Below the pieces are notes generated by a model. That model ran no database searches, was not told where the DNA came from, and saw nothing but the letters and a program-made list of their open reading frames with translations. 64,000 nt of DNA. Source: Actinomycetota bacterium. Its GTDB lineage: Bacteria; Actinomycetota; Actinomycetes; Streptosporangiales; Streptosporangiaceae. The position numbers were made by a program, and so were the translations under genes. Below, piece after piece: positions 62,172 to 64,000 of the stretch (its first letter is position 1; every line of letters starts with the position of its first letter). Where the stretch lies: the NCBI GenBank assembly GCA_027313705.1, contig DAHVDE010000105.1, positions 30,544 to 94,543 on the forward strand, in the 5' to 3' direction.

Positions 62172-63206
62172 ATGAGTGACCGGCACCAGTGGATCGAAGA
62201 GGGCGCGCACGAGGTAGCACCGGGTGTTTACCGGATACCTTTGCCGCTGCCCATGGACGGGCTGCGCGCGGTGAACGCCTACGCGATCGAGTCGGATGGC
62301 GGGCTCGTCATGATCGACTCTGGCTGGATGCTTGACGAGACCAAGGAGCAGCTAGCGCGTTCGCTGGCCAAGATCGGCGCCGGCTTCGGCGACATCCGCA
62401 GGTTCCTGATCACCCACATCCACCGCGACCATTACACGCAGGCGATCGCGCTGCGCAAGGTGTTCGGCATGAAGGTGGCGCTCGGCGAAGACGAGCGGGC
62501 GTCACTTAACGTGATGCTCGGACGCGACACCGGCCTGTTCGCCGCCAGGGGCGCCAAGCTGGCGATGGCCGGAGCGCAGGCGCTGATCGCGAAGATGGTC
62601 GAGGCGGGTATGCAGCGGCCTTCTGGCGATGACGGCTACGAAGAACCGGATGAGTGGATCGCGGCAGGCCAGAAATACGAGCTTGGCACGCGCACCCTCG
62701 AGGCCATACCTACCCCGGGGCATACCCATGGTCATGTGGTCTTTGCCGACTTCGCGGCCGGGCTGCTGTTCGCCGGCGACCATGTGCTACCGCACATCAC
62801 GCCATCGATCAGCCTCGAGGCGGTGCCGCAGGAGTTGCCGCTCGGCGACTTCCTTGACTCGCTGCGCCTGGTGCGCGGCCTGCCCGACCTGACCTTGCTG
62901 CCTGCCCACGGCCCGGTCGCTCCGAGCGTCCACGCCAGGGTCGACGAATTGCTTGATCACCACGATCGCCGGCTGCGCATCATGGCCGCCGAGCTTGCCG
63001 AAGGCGCGCGCACCGCGTACCAGGTAGCGACCGCGATCCGGTGGACCTCACGCTCGGTCGAGCTTACCGACCTGGACCTGATCAACCAGACGCTCGCCGT
63101 CGGCGAGACCGAGGCGCACCTGGACCTGCTGGTAGCGAGGGGGCAGGCGCGCGGCTACCTGGTCGAGGGAATCAGGTACTACGAGCCGGCTGCCCCGGCC
63201 GCGTAA
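62172..63206 (+). CDS. MBL-fold metallo-hydrolase
   Basis: 344 aa with LITHIHRDHYTQA (HxHxDH), TPGHTHGH and LPAHGP. A C-terminal winged-helix-like extension follows. Confidence 0.85.
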   Translation: MSDRHQWIEEGAHEVAPGVYRIPLPLPMDGLRAVNAYAIESDGGLVMIDSGWMLDETKEQLARSLAKIGAGFGDIRRFLITHIHRDHYTQAIALRKVFGMKVALGEDERASLNVMLGRDTGLFAARGAKLAMAGAQALIAKMVEAGMQRPSGDDGYEEPDEWIAAGQKYELGTRTLEAIPTPGHTHGHVVFADFAAGLLFAGDHVLPHITPSISLEAVPQELPLGDFLDSLRLVRGLPDLTLLPAHGPVAPSVHARVDELLDHHDRRLRIMAAELAEGARTAYQVATAIRWTSRSVELTDLDLINQTLAVGETEAHLDLLVARGQARGYLVEGIRYYEPAAPAA

Positions 63207-64000
63207 GCGACGGCAACCTCGGCGGCCAGCCCGGCATTGCCGACGATCAGCGCCCGGTTCACCTCGACGCTGCGGCCACCGCTCAGCTCCTCGATCAAGG
63301 CAAGCACCGCAGGCGTGACCGCCTGTCCGGTCACCCCGGCATCCTTGACCTGGCGCACCGCATCCGCGATCAGGTACTCAAGGTCGAGCCCTTCGTCAGG
63401 AGGGCGGCCGAGCAGCAGCCCGCCTTCAGGGTTCACCGCCCAGTGCGCGCGCGCGACCCGCGCCACCTCTTCGCCTGTGCTCACGACGGCGGAGACCTGC
63501 GGGCCGCCCGTTGCGGTATAGAACAGCGGTAGCGTCGGCGTCCGCCAGCCGAGCACCGGCACGGCGAGGGTCTCGAGCATTTCGCTGGTCGCCGGCACGT
63601 CAAGTATGGACTTCGCGCCGGAACTGACTACCAGCGCCGGCGTCCGCGCGAGCTGAAGCAGGTCGGCCGAGATATCCAGGATCTCCGCGAACCCGCGGTG
63701 CACTCCGCCGATGCCGCCGGTCGCCAGGAAGGAGATTCCCGCGATCCGGCAGACCGCGAGCGTGCCGCCAACCGTGGTTGAGCCGAGAGCACCTTGCACC
63801 ACACAGGCCGCGAGGTCTCTGGCTCCCACCTTGCGGGCGGTCAGGCCGGCCTCGGCAACCCGTTCGAGGTCGAAGTCGGACAACCCGACCCTGATCGCTC
63901 CGTCGAGAACTCCGATCGTGGCCGGCGCCGCACCCGCCGCACGCACCCGGTCCTGCGACTCCCTGGCGACGGCCAGGCCGGCACCACCTGTAAACCCGTG
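63179..64000 (-). CDS. psuG: Pseudouridine-5'-phosphate glycosidase; N-terminus beyond the right window edge
   Basis: PATIGVLDGAIRVGLSDFDLERVA...GSTTVGGTLAVCRIAGISFLATGGIGGVHRGFAEILDISADLLQLARTPALVVSSGAKSILDVPATSEMLETLAVPVLGW is the PsuG core. The frame is open to position 64000. Its 3' end overlaps the convergent MBL gene by 28 nt. Confidence 0.85.
   Translation of the reverse strand, partial: HGFTGGAGLAVARESQDRVRAAGAAPATIGVLDGAIRVGLSDFDLERVAEAGLTARKVGARDLAACVVQGALGSTTVGGTLAVCRIAGISFLATGGIGGVHRGFAEILDISADLLQLARTPALVVSSGAKSILDVPATSEMLETLAVPVLGWRTPTLPLFYTATGGPQVSAVVSTGEEVARVARAHWAVNPEGGLLLGRPPDEGLDLEYLIADAVRQVKDAGVTGQAVTPAVLALIEELSGGRSVEVNRALIVGNAGLAAEVAVAYAAGAAGS

Overview
High-GC, actinobacterial-type chromosomal segment, densely coding on both strands (about 50 genes). 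I saw no rRNA, tRNA, CRISPR array or transposase. Gene content, left to right:
- Fe-S redox module with a divergent Rrf2 regulator (1-4229).
- Stretch of decayed genes plus a secreted 8-repeat Cys-pair protein (4329-7497).
- Red-type RuBisCO operon cbbL-cbbS-cbbX-prk with divergent cbbR (8253-13199).
- Operon of two STAND NTPases, a 1642-aa kinase-fold/NACHT/HEAT protein followed by an XRE-HTH/NB-ARC/TPR protein (13527-20750), with two divergent genes of unknown function (20877-22362).
- IlvD/Edd-family dehydratase, a degenerate purple-acid-phosphatase-like gene, and a TPR-CHAT protein that appears to lack its catalytic core.
- CoxD/CoxE-like MoxR-VWA pair.
- Assorted metabolic and peptidase genes.
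- Membrane GT2 synthase translationally adjacent to a membrane-anchored GH18/CBM5_12 hydrolase (47607-51641).
- lutABC, an ECF sigma factor fused to its own anti-sigma/TM/Pro-rich/Ig-like tail, a large S8 peptidase, arfB and psuG.

Non-genic signals:
- A dispersed CCACAACGTGGG repeat family at three intergenic loci, one expanded into a roughly 330-bp tandem array just upstream of moxR.
- A helix-rich ~300-nt intergenic element that ends in a canonical plus-strand intrinsic terminator.
- A tiny strongly SD-driven hydrophobic peptide gene with phased upstream direct repeats.
- Several gene remnants.

The best candidates for something undescribed are the STAND pair with its divergent partners and the GT2-GH18 pair. 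All functional calls rest on motif recognition by eye; no database search was possible.
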